From Acidobacteriota bacterium (GTDB taxonomy: Bacteria > Acidobacteriota > Thermoanaerobaculia > Multivoradales > J023), in assembly GCA_038748685.1 (NCBI GenBank), contig JBCDIS010000003.1, forward strand, positions 30,437 through 94,436: DNA of 64,000 bases, read 5' to 3'. The translations under genes and the position numbers were made by a program. The notes beneath the pieces were generated by a model. It searched no databases. It was not told the DNA's origin and saw only the letters and a program-made list of their open reading frames with translations. Below, piece after piece: positions 25,686 to 35,969 of this stretch (positions are counted from its first letter, which is position 1; every line of letters starts with the position of its first letter).

Positions 25686-28121
25686 ATGTTACAGATTCGA
25701 GCGTGCGATACCTGCAGGCGAGACGTATCTCGGCTAGCGACGGTGCCCCTTGCTGCGACGGCCCTAGCGGTCGTTCTGAGTACCCCCACGGCTATCACCG
25801 TCGGGGCGCAAACCGACCCGTCCCCCGGGGTCGGCAACCCCTCGGCGGTCGACATCGCAATCATCGAGGACGGCGAAACGCAGCTGACCCTCGAGACCAA
25901 AGCCGCGCTCTTGGAGCAGCTCAAGGGCCTCAGCGATTTCGAGTACACGTTCCGATTCCCCGAAGCGTGGCAGCGGGTCCACGGCTGGCGCACGGGCAAT
26001 GCCAAGGACGCCATCGAGGCGGCGCTGGCCGAGGAATCCATCGAGATCGTCGTCGCGCTCGACATCCTCTCGAGCAGCGTCGCCGCCGGGCTCGAGCCCG
26101 GGAAGCCCTTGATCGCGACGGCTGTTCCGCTACCGGAGCTCCAAGGCTTCTCGACGGCGGCGGACGGCACCAGCGGCACCGAGAACCTCCACTTCTTGAC
26201 CGCCGACTTCGACCTGGCCGGCGCTCTGGAGGACTTCCAGCGCCACACCGGCGCCAAGAACATCGGCCTGGTGGTGGACGGCAGCCTTCTCGAGGCCATT
26301 CCGTCCCTGCCGCAGGAAGTCCAACGGGTCCTGTCCGAGCTCGCCTTTGAGGTCACCCCCGTCGAGGCGCCTTCGGGGGACCGTGCCGCAGACCTGGCGC
26401 GCTGGCGCGACTCGGTTCCGGCTGGGGTCGATGCGCTCTTCCTGACTCCGCTGCCGCGACTCACCGATGGACATTCGAAGGGCATCCTGGAGCTCGCCGG
26501 GGAGAGGCGTTGGCCCACCTTCACCACGCTCGGCCGCGAACAGGTGGACGCGGGGTTCCTGATGGGCCAAGGCTTGGTGACCTCACCCGAGCAGGTGGCC
26601 CGGCGCCTCGCGATCGACATCCGGGACATCGCCCTCGGGCGCTCCGCATCAGACCTGCCGGTCAAGATGGAGGTGCGCGGACGTTTGGCGATCAATCGGC
26701 GAACGGCAGACGCCATCGGCTATCGGCCCACCTTCGAGCTTCTCTTCGACGCCGACGTGCTCCAAGAAGGGGCCGTCGAAGGGCGGTCCCTGAGCCTGCG
26801 CACGGCCACCGAGGAGGCCCTCGAACACAACCTCAGCCTCGCCGTGGCTCAGCGCGAATTCGAGATCGCCGAGCAGGATACGGCCATCGCCCGCGGCGCG
26901 CTGCTCCCGCAGGCCGCCGGCGACGTCAACTGGACCCGCCAGGATCGCGACTTGGTGGGCACGGGCCCGACTCGCACCCTCGACGCCGCGCTCACGCTTT
27001 CGCAATCGATTTACTCCGAGACGCTGCGCAGCAATTTCAGGGCGACGGCGCTGGCCGAAACCGCCGAGGCGGCGGACCGCGCAGCCACCGAGCTCGACGT
27101 GATCGAGACCGTGGCGCTGACCTATTTGCGCGTGCTGGTCGCCAAGACCGAGCGCGACATCCGGCTGGAGAACCTCAATTTGACCCGGGCCAACCTCGAG
27201 CGGGCACAGTTCCGCTCCGACGTCGGCTCGGCGAACCGCTCGGAGGTGCTGCGCTTCGAGGCCGAGCTGGGAACGGATCGACAGAACGTCACCACCGCGG
27301 TGGCGGCCTACGAACGACTGCGCTTCGAACTGAACCGCGTTCTGCGAAGGCCAATCGACGAAGTCTTCCAGACCGAAGAGCCGGGCATCGACTCCGCCGA
27401 GCTCCTGGCCGACGAGCGCCTGAAGAAACTGCTGGAGAGCCCCGACGGCGTCGAGACCCTCGGCGCCTTCGTGGCTGAAGAGTCGCTTCGAAACTCGCCC
27501 GAGCTGGCCGGGCTACGCGCCCGGATCGAGGCCCAGGAGCGGCTGCTGGGTGCCGCCAAGAGGCAGCGCTATGTTCCGCGAATCGACGGCGTCTCACGGG
27601 TGAACCGCATCGTCGACGACGGGGGTGCGCGGTTCGAAACGGATTTCGACAGCGACTGGAGCATCGGCGTCGAGCTGACCTGGAGCCTCTTCGAAGGCGG
27701 TGGCATCGCGGCGCGGAAGACACAGGCCGCACTTCAAGTGGACCAGCTCGAGCTGGTCCTTCAGCAGACGTCCGACGCCGTCGAAGCGGAAGCCCGGGCA
27801 CGGCTGGTGGAGGCGGCGTCCACCCGGCTCAACATCGCGTTCGCCAACGCCTCAGCGGAGGCGGCGCGCAAGACCCTCGACCTTGTGACCGATTCCTATG
27901 AACGCGGAACCGCCAGCTACATCGATCTGATCGACGCCCAGAACACCTACCTGAACGCTCGGCTGGCGGCCGCCAACGCGGTGTATCAGCACCTGCAAGA
28001 TCTAGTGGAGCTGCAGCGATCGATCGCCTTCTTCGACTTTGCCGCCTCCCCCGCGAGCGAGCGGGCCTGGCTCGATCGCCTGAGCCGTTTTCTTCTGAAC
28101 ACCGAGGACGCCCCCCGATGA
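25686..28121 (+). CDS. TolC-family outer-membrane efflux protein with N-terminal substrate-binding-protein-like extension
   Basis: About 810 aa. C-terminal ~440 aa are TolC-like (ALEHNLSL, ALLPQ, YERGTASYIDLIDAQNTY). N-terminal ~370 aa resemble ABC substrate-binding domains (LAINRRTADAIG). Exact start uncertain. Confidence 0.85.
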   Translation: MLQIRACDTCRRDVSRLATVPLAATALAVVLSTPTAITVGAQTDPSPGVGNPSAVDIAIIEDGETQLTLETKAALLEQLKGLSDFEYTFRFPEAWQRVHGWRTGNAKDAIEAALAEESIEIVVALDILSSSVAAGLEPGKPLIATAVPLPELQGFSTAADGTSGTENLHFLTADFDLAGALEDFQRHTGAKNIGLVVDGSLLEAIPSLPQEVQRVLSELAFEVTPVEAPSGDRAADLARWRDSVPAGVDALFLTPLPRLTDGHSKGILELAGERRWPTFTTLGREQVDAGFLMGQGLVTSPEQVARRLAIDIRDIALGRSASDLPVKMEVRGRLAINRRTADAIGYRPTFELLFDADVLQEGAVEGRSLSLRTATEEALEHNLSLAVAQREFEIAEQDTAIARGALLPQAAGDVNWTRQDRDLVGTGPTRTLDAALTLSQSIYSETLRSNFRATALAETAEAADRAATELDVIETVALTYLRVLVAKTERDIRLENLNLTRANLERAQFRSDVGSANRSEVLRFEAELGTDRQNVTTAVAAYERLRFELNRVLRRPIDEVFQTEEPGIDSAELLADERLKKLLESPDGVETLGAFVAEESLRNSPELAGLRARIEAQERLLGAAKRQRYVPRIDGVSRVNRIVDDGGARFETDFDSDWSIGVELTWSLFEGGGIAARKTQAALQVDQLELVLQQTSDAVEAEARARLVEAASTRLNIAFANASAEAARKTLDLVTDSYERGTASYIDLIDAQNTYLNARLAAANAVYQHLQDLVELQRSIAFFDFAASPASERAWLDRLSRFLLNTEDAPR

Positions 28122-29239
28122 GCTCACGCCCTTTGTCCTTCACACTGGCGCCCTGGATCCTCGCCGCCGGGGCCGCCCTGCTAGCCGCCTGCGGCGAAGA
28201 GGCGCCGCCCCCGGAACCCGCCCTGAGGCCGGTGAAATCCGTCGTCGTCGAGAGCGGCTCGGCGTCGATCCGGGATCGCGTCTTCAGCGGTACGGCCCAG
28301 TCCGCCGAGGAGGCGGCGCTCAGCTTCAAAGTGTCGGGTACGGTGGCGCAGGTGCCCGTCGAAGTGGGTGACCAGCTGAGGCGCGGCGAGCTGATCGCCG
28401 CCCTCGACCGGGATCTCTTCAATGTCGAGCTGGAGCAGGCCCTGGCCGAGGAAGCGCGCACCAAGGCCACCCGGCGCAGCGCCGAGGCCGAATACCAGCG
28501 GGTCCGTCTGCTCTTCACCAACGACAACGCGTCGCGCAACGAGCTAGACACCGCGCTGGCCAACGCCGAAGCCGCCAAGGCGTCGTTCAACGCCGCAGTT
28601 CAGACGGTCCGCCTCGCAAGGCTGAATCTGGGCTATACACGGCTGACCGCGGCCGAAGACTGTTCGGTTGCCGAGCTCGGCGCCGAGGTCAGTGAGAATG
28701 TCTCGGCCGGCCAGACCGTCGCCCGGGTTAATTGCGGCAAGAACTGGGAAGTCCTCTTGGCCGTGCCGGAGAGTCTGATCGCCTCCTTCACGGACGGCAT
28801 GGCTGGCGTCGCGCGGTTCCCGTCGGTGCCCGGTCAATCCTTCGAGGGCGTGGTCAGCGAAGTGGGTGTCGGCACCGGGGACGCCCGGACCTTCCCGGTG
28901 ACGCTCTCCCTGGCCACCGTACCAACGGACATCCGATCCAACCTCGCAGCCGAGGTGACGTTCCGCTTCCCGCAGGGGTCGAGCTCGGACGGGGCCGGCT
29001 CCGACCGTCTCTACGTGCCTCCGTCGGCGGCCCTAAAGGACGAGCTAGGCACCTTTGTCTTCGTCGTCGGAGCCGGCGAACAGGGCGCCGCCGTGCTCGA
29101 ACGGCGAACCGTCAAGGCCGGCGAGATCTCCGAGCTGGGGCTCGAGGTGCTCTCCGGCCTCGAGGTTGGCGAACGCATCGTGACGGCCGGCCAGATCCAC
29201 GCCCGCGACGGCATGTTGGTGCGCGAGCCAGCGCAGTAA
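28118..29239 (+). CDS. RND efflux periplasmic adaptor (membrane fusion protein)
   Basis: Lipobox LLAAC, LSFKVSGTVAQVPVEVGDQLRRGELIAALD, VLSGLEVGERIVTAG. ATGA overlap with the upstream gene. Confidence 0.93.
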   Translation: MSSRPLSFTLAPWILAAGAALLAACGEEAPPPEPALRPVKSVVVESGSASIRDRVFSGTAQSAEEAALSFKVSGTVAQVPVEVGDQLRRGELIAALDRDLFNVELEQALAEEARTKATRRSAEAEYQRVRLLFTNDNASRNELDTALANAEAAKASFNAAVQTVRLARLNLGYTRLTAAEDCSVAELGAEVSENVSAGQTVARVNCGKNWEVLLAVPESLIASFTDGMAGVARFPSVPGQSFEGVVSEVGVGTGDARTFPVTLSLATVPTDIRSNLAAEVTFRFPQGSSSDGAGSDRLYVPPSAALKDELGTFVFVVGAGEQGAAVLERRTVKAGEISELGLEVLSGLEVGERIVTAGQIHARDGMLVREPAQ

Positions 29240-29253
29240 ACCCAGGGCACGCG

Positions 29254-32200
29254 ATGAACATCACAGCCGCCGCCATCCGCTACAACCGCGTGACGCTCGT
29301 GGCCGTCCTGGCCCTCTTCGTCAGCGGACTTTCCGCCTACGTCCAGCTGCCCAAAGCTCAGGATCCGGGATTCACCATCCGCACCGCCACGGTGACAACG
29401 ATTTTCCTGGGCGCAAGCCCAGAACGGGTCGAACAGCTGGTGACGGACGCGATCGAAGAAAAGATCCAGGAGATGCCGGAGGTCGACGAGATCACCAGCG
29501 AGTCGATCAGCGGTGTTTCCGTAGTCACGGTGACCTTCAAAGACAGCTACGACGACATGCGGCCGATCTTCGACGATCTGCGCCAGAAGGTCGAAGACGT
29601 CATCCCCGAGCTGCCTTCGGGCGCCGTCACGCCAACGGTAAATGACGACTACGGCGATACCTACGGTCACCTCTACAGCCTCGTCGGCGCCGGCTTCACC
29701 CCGAAGGAGCTGCGCGATGCTGCCCTCGATGTGCGCGACGTGCTGCTCAAGGAGCCGGACATCGCCAAGGTGAACCTCTTCGGCGATATCGAAGACGCGA
29801 TCTACATCGAATACGACAACCCCCGCCTCACCGAGCTCGGCGTCTCGCCCCAGCAGCTCGAAGGCGCGCTGCAATCGCTGAACATCCTGGCGTCGGGGGG
29901 CGACATCACCATCGGTCGCGAGCTGATCGTGCTCGAACCGACGGGCAACCTCGACACCGTCGAAGACCTGCGCCAGGCGATCGTCGAGATCCCCGGCAGC
30001 CGGGCGTTGATCCGCCTCCAGGACATCGCCGACATCTACCGCGCTTACGAAGATCCGATCCACCAGAAGGTGCGCATCGACGGCGAAGAGGGCATCTCCC
30101 TCGCCATCTCGATGCGCGAGGGCGGCAACATCCTGACCCTGGGGGAGCGCCTGGGGACCCTGATTCGCGAGCTGGAATCGGGTCTGCCGCTGGGCATGGA
30201 GCTGAAGCCCATGTTCCTGCAGTCGAAGCTCACCGGCGCCAGCGTCGACGCCTTCGTGAGCAATCTCGTGCAGGCGGTTCTCATCGTGATCCTGGTGATG
30301 ATCGTCTCACTCGGCGTCCGCACCGGCCTGGTCGTCGCTTCGCTGATCCCAGTGGTGATGGTCTCGACCTTCGTCATGATGTCGATCTTTTCCATCGGCA
30401 TCGACCAGATCTCCCTCGCCGCCCTGATCATCTCCCTCGGCCTGCTGGTCGACAACGCCATCGTCGTGGTCGAGGCGACGATCGTGCGCCGTCAGAACGG
30501 TGAGGAACCGATCGAGGCGGCGATCCACGCCGCGGGGGAGATGATGGTGCCCCTCATCATCTCCTCGTTGACGACGGCCGCGGCGTTCACGCCGATCGCC
30601 CTTGCCGAATCGGCGGTGGGGGAGTTCACCGCCTCGATCTTCTACGTCGTGACCATCGCGTTGCTGCTGTCGTGGACCATGGCGATGACCTTCATTCCCA
30701 TGCTGACGCCGTTCATCAAGGTGTCGCCGAGGGAGGCGAGCGACGACGACATCAAGTTCGAGGGGGCCTTCTATCGGGTCTACCGGCGCCTGCTGTCGAC
30801 CGTGATCCGCTTTCCGCTGGGCTTTTGCGCCCTGGTGGTGGCGGCCTTCGTCCTGTCCATGGTCGGCATGGGCTACGTTCCCCAAGTCTTCATTCCGCCG
30901 TCCGAAGACGCCGTGCTGACCGCCAGCCTGGAATTGCCGCCGGGTTCGGACATCGAGGCTACGGAAGCCGTGATCCAGGACCTCGACGCCTTCCTCGACT
31001 CCAAGCGGGTGGGCTCGGACGACGGGGAAGCGATCGGCACCCGGGGTTGGACCAGCTACGTTGGCTCCGGCGGCCCTCGGTTCGTGCTTTCGTTCTCACC
31101 CGAGAATCCGCGCAACTCCGTCGCCACCGTATTCCTCAACGTCAACAACAGCGCGTCCCTGGATCCGATCAAGCTGGCGATCGAGGACTACGTCTTCGAA
31201 AACCACCCGGACGCGCGGCTGCAGGTTAAGCGACTGGCGAACGGTCCGCCGGTGGCCTATCCGATCGAGATCAAGCTCTCCGGCCCCGAGTTCGACGAGC
31301 TCTTCGCCCTCCAGTCGAGAATCAAGTCGAAGCTGTGGGAATACGACGTCGTCACCGCGGTGCAGGACACCTGGGGTCCGCAGAGCAAGAAACTCGTCGT
31401 CGACGTCGACCAAGCCCGCGCTTTCCGCGCCGGTGTCTCGAGCCTCGACATCGCAACGTCCCTCAACGCCAGCCTCGCCGGCATGGAGATGACCGAATTC
31501 CGTGAGCAGGACGAGACCATTCCGGTCATCCTGCGCACCGAGGGCTCGGACCGGGACGATCTGAGCAAGCTGGAGAACCTGAGCGTCTTCTCGCAGAGCA
31601 ACGGCGCCGCGGTGCCGCTCAGCCAGGTCGCCGAGACCCGCGTGGTGTGGGAGCCGGCGCGCATCGAGCGCCTCGACCGGGTGCGCATGATCACGATCCA
31701 AGTCCAGCTGCGGATCGGCGTCACCGTGGCCGAGGTGCTCGAGACGTTCCGCCCCTGGCTGAGCGAATACGAGGCCACCTGGAAACCGGGCTACAGCTAC
31801 ATCGAAGGCGGCGAAACCGAAGAGTCCGACAAGGCGGCCGTTTCCGTGGTCGCGGCCCTACCCTTCGCGGCGATAGCCATCGTGATGCTGCTGATCCTGC
31901 AGTTCAACTCCATCCGCAAGGCGAGCATCGTGCTGATCACCATTCCGCTGGGGCTGATCGGCATCGTCGCCGGGCTGTTGATCACGGGTTCAAGCTTCGG
32001 CTTCTTCACGTTCCTGGGCCTGATCTCGCTGGCTGGAATCGTCATCAACAACGCCATCGTGCTGCTCGACCGGATCAAGCTCGAGATCGAGGAGAACGGA
32101 CTCGAACCGAGCGCCGCGATCATCGAAGCCAGCCAGCAGCGCGCGCGGCCCATCCTCTTGACCACGGCGACCACCATCGGCGGAATGATCCCGCTGTGGC

Positions 32201-32367
32201 TCGGCGGTGGGCCGATGTTCGAGACGATGGCCGTGGCGATCCTCTTCGGCCTCCTCTTCGCCACCGTGATCACGTTGCTGCTGGTGCCCGTGCTGTACTC
32301 GGTGCTCTACCGCACGGAGGCTCGGAAGCAGCCGGCCCGGGTGGAACCCAAGCCGGCCGAGGCATGA
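29254..32367 (+). CDS. RND efflux permease (AcrB/AcrD/AcrF family)
   Basis: Start MNITAAAIRYNRV at 29254, 1037 aa. LGLLVDNAIVVVE, GIVINNAIVLLD, RARPILLTT. Confidence 0.95.
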   Translation: MNITAAAIRYNRVTLVAVLALFVSGLSAYVQLPKAQDPGFTIRTATVTTIFLGASPERVEQLVTDAIEEKIQEMPEVDEITSESISGVSVVTVTFKDSYDDMRPIFDDLRQKVEDVIPELPSGAVTPTVNDDYGDTYGHLYSLVGAGFTPKELRDAALDVRDVLLKEPDIAKVNLFGDIEDAIYIEYDNPRLTELGVSPQQLEGALQSLNILASGGDITIGRELIVLEPTGNLDTVEDLRQAIVEIPGSRALIRLQDIADIYRAYEDPIHQKVRIDGEEGISLAISMREGGNILTLGERLGTLIRELESGLPLGMELKPMFLQSKLTGASVDAFVSNLVQAVLIVILVMIVSLGVRTGLVVASLIPVVMVSTFVMMSIFSIGIDQISLAALIISLGLLVDNAIVVVEATIVRRQNGEEPIEAAIHAAGEMMVPLIISSLTTAAAFTPIALAESAVGEFTASIFYVVTIALLLSWTMAMTFIPMLTPFIKVSPREASDDDIKFEGAFYRVYRRLLSTVIRFPLGFCALVVAAFVLSMVGMGYVPQVFIPPSEDAVLTASLELPPGSDIEATEAVIQDLDAFLDSKRVGSDDGEAIGTRGWTSYVGSGGPRFVLSFSPENPRNSVATVFLNVNNSASLDPIKLAIEDYVFENHPDARLQVKRLANGPPVAYPIEIKLSGPEFDELFALQSRIKSKLWEYDVVTAVQDTWGPQSKKLVVDVDQARAFRAGVSSLDIATSLNASLAGMEMTEFREQDETIPVILRTEGSDRDDLSKLENLSVFSQSNGAAVPLSQVAETRVVWEPARIERLDRVRMITIQVQLRIGVTVAEVLETFRPWLSEYEATWKPGYSYIEGGETEESDKAAVSVVAALPFAAIAIVMLLILQFNSIRKASIVLITIPLGLIGIVAGLLITGSSFGFFTFLGLISLAGIVINNAIVLLDRIKLEIEENGLEPSAAIIEASQQRARPILLTTATTIGGMIPLWLGGGPMFETMAVAILFGLLFATVITLLLVPVLYSVLYRTEARKQPARVEPKPAEA

Positions 32368-32810
32368 TCGAGCCGTTCGTTGGGGGCGTCCTCCTCACGC
32401 TGTTCACCGTCGCCGTACACATCATCGGTTTGGTACACCTGGGGAAGCTCCTCGGCATCCTGATGTCGCCCCAGCTCTTGACCCGGGACCTCCTGCACCG
32501 CGCCGCCTTCCTGAGCGTGGCCGTGCTCCTGATGATTCTCCTCCATCTCGTCGGAGCCGGGTTCTGGGCGCTCTACTACTGCTGGATCGGCGAGTTCGAC
32601 GTCTTCCAGTCGGCTCTCTATTTCTCGGTGGTCACCGCCACCTCCCTCGGCTACGGCGACATCACCCTCTCGGAGGGTTGGCGAATGCTGGCGGTCTTCG
32701 AGGCCATGTCGGGGCTTCTGCTCTTCGGCGCCAGCACCGCCGCGATCTTTCAGCTGATGGTCAAGACGCTGCCGGACCCCCTCGAATCCCAGGCCGAATC
32801 CGCTGAGTAG
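32364..32810 (+). CDS. Small potassium-channel-family protein (Ion_trans_2)
   Basis: 148 aa, ATGA-coupled to the RND permease. Pore signature YFSVVTATSLGYGD. Confidence 0.88.
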   Translation: MIEPFVGGVLLTLFTVAVHIIGLVHLGKLLGILMSPQLLTRDLLHRAAFLSVAVLLMILLHLVGAGFWALYYCWIGEFDVFQSALYFSVVTATSLGYGDITLSEGWRMLAVFEAMSGLLLFGASTAAIFQLMVKTLPDPLESQAESAE

Positions 32811-32891
32811 CGGCTGCGGGGCCGCTAGCTCCGCGGGCGCCGCGTTCAACCCGCCATCGACGGTGCCGGCCCGCCGGCCGTACAACGGTTG

Positions 32892-33623
32892 ATGTGGAAA
32901 CGCGCTCCAACCTACCGAGCACTGTGGTTTCTCTTGCTGGGGTCCGGCGCCATCCTGGCGGTCCCTTCCCTCGCCTGTAGCCGCTCGCCGGAGGTATTCG
33001 TGGGGCCGACCCCCTGTCGCCTCTTCGGTCAGGCCCAGAAGGTGTTCGAAGCGCGGGTGCTCCGGGGCGCGGAGATGCCGTTCGCCGAGCCGTCGCTGCT
33101 GGAGGTGGAGCGCACCCACAAGGGAGAGCCCGCCCCCAGGGTCGAGGTCCGCTCCGGGATGTGTGACCCCATGCTGGTGGAGGGGCATCGCTACCTCGTC
33201 TACGCCGTCGATCGGGACGGGGAGCTCCGGCTATGGACGGCGATTCCGCGGACGGATCCGGGCCGGTTCGAGCGGCACCGAAGCTTTCTCGCCGCGAGGG
33301 ACGACGGGGGGAGCGTGATGCTCGACGGTCTCGTGTCGAGCTTCCCCACGAGTCCGGTCGCCGGGGTGCGGATCGGAGTCTCGCTGGACGGGCAGGACGT
33401 CATCGCCAGAACCAGGCCCGGCGGTGGAACGACCCTCACCCGGGTCGAGCTCGAATCGGACCGCCAGGGGCACTTCTACGCCTACGGCCTACCCCCAGGA
33501 GAGCTAGCCCTGAAGCTCGATGATCCCCGCGACCGGCGCTCGTTTCCAGAAATACGGGCCGAGGGGAAAGCGGGGAAATGCCTCGAGGTGGACGCGCGGG
33601 CGCTGCGGTCAGCTCCCTTCTGA
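32892..33623 (+). CDS. Secreted protein with TIMP/NTR-like N-terminal domain and carboxypeptidase-regulatory-like C-terminal domain
   Basis: Signal ending AVPSLA|CS. VFEARV...GMCDPMLVEGHRYLVYA, then VAGVRI...DRQGHFYAYGLPPG. Confidence 0.6.
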   Translation: MWKRAPTYRALWFLLLGSGAILAVPSLACSRSPEVFVGPTPCRLFGQAQKVFEARVLRGAEMPFAEPSLLEVERTHKGEPAPRVEVRSGMCDPMLVEGHRYLVYAVDRDGELRLWTAIPRTDPGRFERHRSFLAARDDGGSVMLDGLVSSFPTSPVAGVRIGVSLDGQDVIARTRPGGGTTLTRVELESDRQGHFYAYGLPPGELALKLDDPRDRRSFPEIRAEGKAGKCLEVDARALRSAPF

Positions 33624-33667
33624 GCTGCCCCCCGCCGTCCAGAGCCCCCAGACCCTTCGGTCCCACG

Positions 33668-33714
33668 AAAAAGGGCGCTTCGAGGACCCGCGGATCCGCG
33701 GGCTCTGAAGCGCC
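33668..33714 (-). terminator. Rho-independent terminator downstream of the TonB receptor
   Basis: ggcgcttc...cccgcgg-at-ccgcggg...gaagcgcc hairpin with an A5 tract on the + strand (U-tract on -). Confidence 0.75.
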
Positions 33715-33788
33715 GTTTCTCGACGACCCCGCCCCGGACGTCCAAACGCCGGGACGGAGCAGCCTTGCTGCCTGTGAATACCTAGAGC

Positions 33789-35969
33789 TTAGAACCGACC
33801 CCGGACCGACAGGCGGGCGTTGAAGGGCGCCCCCACGGTGGCCTGGTGGGTGCTGTGGGAGTTCGGGAAGTAGAGCTCGTCGGTGAGGTTCTCGATGTTG
33901 AGCTGGACCCGCAGCGTGTCGGACACGTCGTAGTGGGCCGCCGCGTCAATGCGGGTGTAGCTCGGCAGAGTCGCGCTGTTGCTGTTGTTGATGAAGCTCT
34001 CATCCTGGTAGGTCAGCCCGATGCCGAGGTTGAACAGCTCCGTCACCTGGAAGCTGTTCCAGATGGAGAACATGTTCTCCGGCAGCTCCCGGGGACGGCG
34101 GACGCCGTCCGCCTGCTTGCCGTCGAGGTAGCTGTAACCCGCCGAGAGGAACCAGCGATCCGAGGCCTGGCCCTGGAGTTGCACCTCGAAGCCGTCCACC
34201 GTGGTCTCGATCACGTCGAAGGTGCCGGCGTCCGAATCCGAAACCACCGGCGACTCCTGCTCAATCTCGAAGATCGCGGCGGTGAGGCTCATGCGATCGC
34301 TGAAGTCCCACTTCACGCCGGCCTCGAGGTTGGCGAAGGTGTTCGGGTCGAGGCGGTTGTTGTCGCCGTTGATGTTGGCGAACTGCTCGCCGCTGCGGGG
34401 CAGGAACGACTCGCTGTAGCTGGCGTAGAGGGAGACCTCCTCCTTCGGCTTGTAGACCAGGCCGAGGCGGGGGGAGACCTCTTCGTCCTTCCGCGTCCGG
34501 GTTTCGTTCGCCTTGACGTTGAACACCTCGATGTCGAAGCTGTCGAAGCGGGCGCCGAGGGTGACGTCGAACTTTTCGGAAAGTTCGATCTCGTCCTGGA
34601 CGTAGAGGGAAAAGACCTCGATGCCCACCCGGGTGTCGTCGTTGAGGTCGGTGCTGAAACTGTTGGTGGTGGTGCGACCGTCCGCTAGCGTGCCGACGCC
34701 GTTGATCAGATCGATGGGTCGGCCGGCGAAGAACTTCGCCCGGTCCGTCGACGTGCCGTCGGCGGCGGAGGTGTCGAAGAACGAGTTGAAGCGGTCCTGA
34801 TCCGACGAGGTGTCGATGTACTCGGTGCCGAAGATCAGGGTGTGACGAACGTTGCCGGCGTCGACCTCGCTGATCAGATCACCGGAGAGGATGGTGTTCT
34901 GACGCTGGGTGGTGTCGATGTAGCCGTCGAGCTCGACGATGTTGGTGGCCTCGTCGTATCCACTGGCGTAGAAGTTCTGGTAGAGCTTGTCGTAATCGCC
35001 GTAGAAGGCGCTGAAGTTACCCTTGAGGCGGTCGGAGAAGTTGTGGGCCAGCCGCGCGCGGAAAAGGTGGGCTTCGAGCTCCGTGGTGTTGAGCTCGCGG
35101 TCCCCGAAGACCACGTCTTCGAGGGCTTCCACCGGCCGGCCGTTGGATCCGGTGGGGATGCCGCGGTCGACGAAGCGCTCGTGGTCGGCGTACTCGTAGG
35201 AGAGGTCGAGGGACGTCTCCGGCGCCAGCTGGAACTTGACCGTCGGGTTGATGCCGATCCGGTCGCCGTCGTAGAAGTCGCGGTGGTTGTCGAGGCCCTC
35301 GTAGAAGGCGTTGACCCGCACCGCGCGGTTGTCGCTGGACCCGAAGTTGCTGTCCACTGCGACCCCCAGCTCCCCGAGGGAGTCGAAGCCCACATGGTAG
35401 GTGGAGAAGCTCTGGCCGAGGATGCCCTTCTTGGTCACCCGGTTGAGGATGCCGCCGGTACCGCCGCGTCCGAAGAGGAGGGCGTTGGGACCCCGGAGGA
35501 TCTCCACCTGCTCCAGGTTGTAGAGGGGACGGTAGTACTGGACATCGTCGCGGACGCCGTCGATGAAGAAGTCCGCCGTGGAACGAACGCCGCGGAAGAC
35601 GATCGCGTCGCGGTGCCCTTCACCCTGGGACGTGTTCACGCCGGGGGTGTAGTTGATGATTTCGCCGATGCTGGTGAAGCCCTGCTCGTCGAGCTGGCTG
35701 GAGGTGGTGATCGACAGGCTCTGGGGCACATCGATGATGGGGGTCGGCGTCCTGAGGGCGTTGACCTGGTCGGCGTACAGGTACTTGCCAACGACGACGA
35801 TCTCGTCCTTGGTGACCTCGTCGGTGGCGACCTCGTCTTTCTTCTCGGACGAAGCGTCTTCCTTGGCTTCGTCGGTCTGAGCAAGAACAGCGGGAGTGGC
35901 GAGTGCCATAGCGAGCATGGCACAGGCGAGCAGGTAGAAAGCAAAGCGTGGCATTCTGTTGACTTCCAT
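33789..35969 (-). CDS. TonB-dependent (siderophore-type) outer-membrane receptor
   Basis: Signal peptide, TonB-box-like DEIVVVG, plug DVPQSLS...YNLEQVEILRGPNALLFGRGGTGGILNRVTK, NIENLTDELY, terminal Phe. Confidence 0.95.
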   Translation of the reverse strand: MEVNRMPRFAFYLLACAMLAMALATPAVLAQTDEAKEDASSEKKDEVATDEVTKDEIVVVGKYLYADQVNALRTPTPIIDVPQSLSITTSSQLDEQGFTSIGEIINYTPGVNTSQGEGHRDAIVFRGVRSTADFFIDGVRDDVQYYRPLYNLEQVEILRGPNALLFGRGGTGGILNRVTKKGILGQSFSTYHVGFDSLGELGVAVDSNFGSSDNRAVRVNAFYEGLDNHRDFYDGDRIGINPTVKFQLAPETSLDLSYEYADHERFVDRGIPTGSNGRPVEALEDVVFGDRELNTTELEAHLFRARLAHNFSDRLKGNFSAFYGDYDKLYQNFYASGYDEATNIVELDGYIDTTQRQNTILSGDLISEVDAGNVRHTLIFGTEYIDTSSDQDRFNSFFDTSAADGTSTDRAKFFAGRPIDLINGVGTLADGRTTTNSFSTDLNDDTRVGIEVFSLYVQDEIELSEKFDVTLGARFDSFDIEVFNVKANETRTRKDEEVSPRLGLVYKPKEEVSLYASYSESFLPRSGEQFANINGDNNRLDPNTFANLEAGVKWDFSDRMSLTAAIFEIEQESPVVSDSDAGTFDVIETTVDGFEVQLQGQASDRWFLSAGYSYLDGKQADGVRRPRELPENMFSIWNSFQVTELFNLGIGLTYQDESFINNSNSATLPSYTRIDAAAHYDVSDTLRVQLNIENLTDELYFPNSHSTHQATVGAPFNARLSVRGRF

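Noticed and set aside
19700-25700. Defined mobile element or genomic island with boundaries
   Set aside because: Composition is patchy and accessory-like, but no integrase, transposase, tRNA target or direct repeats were found.
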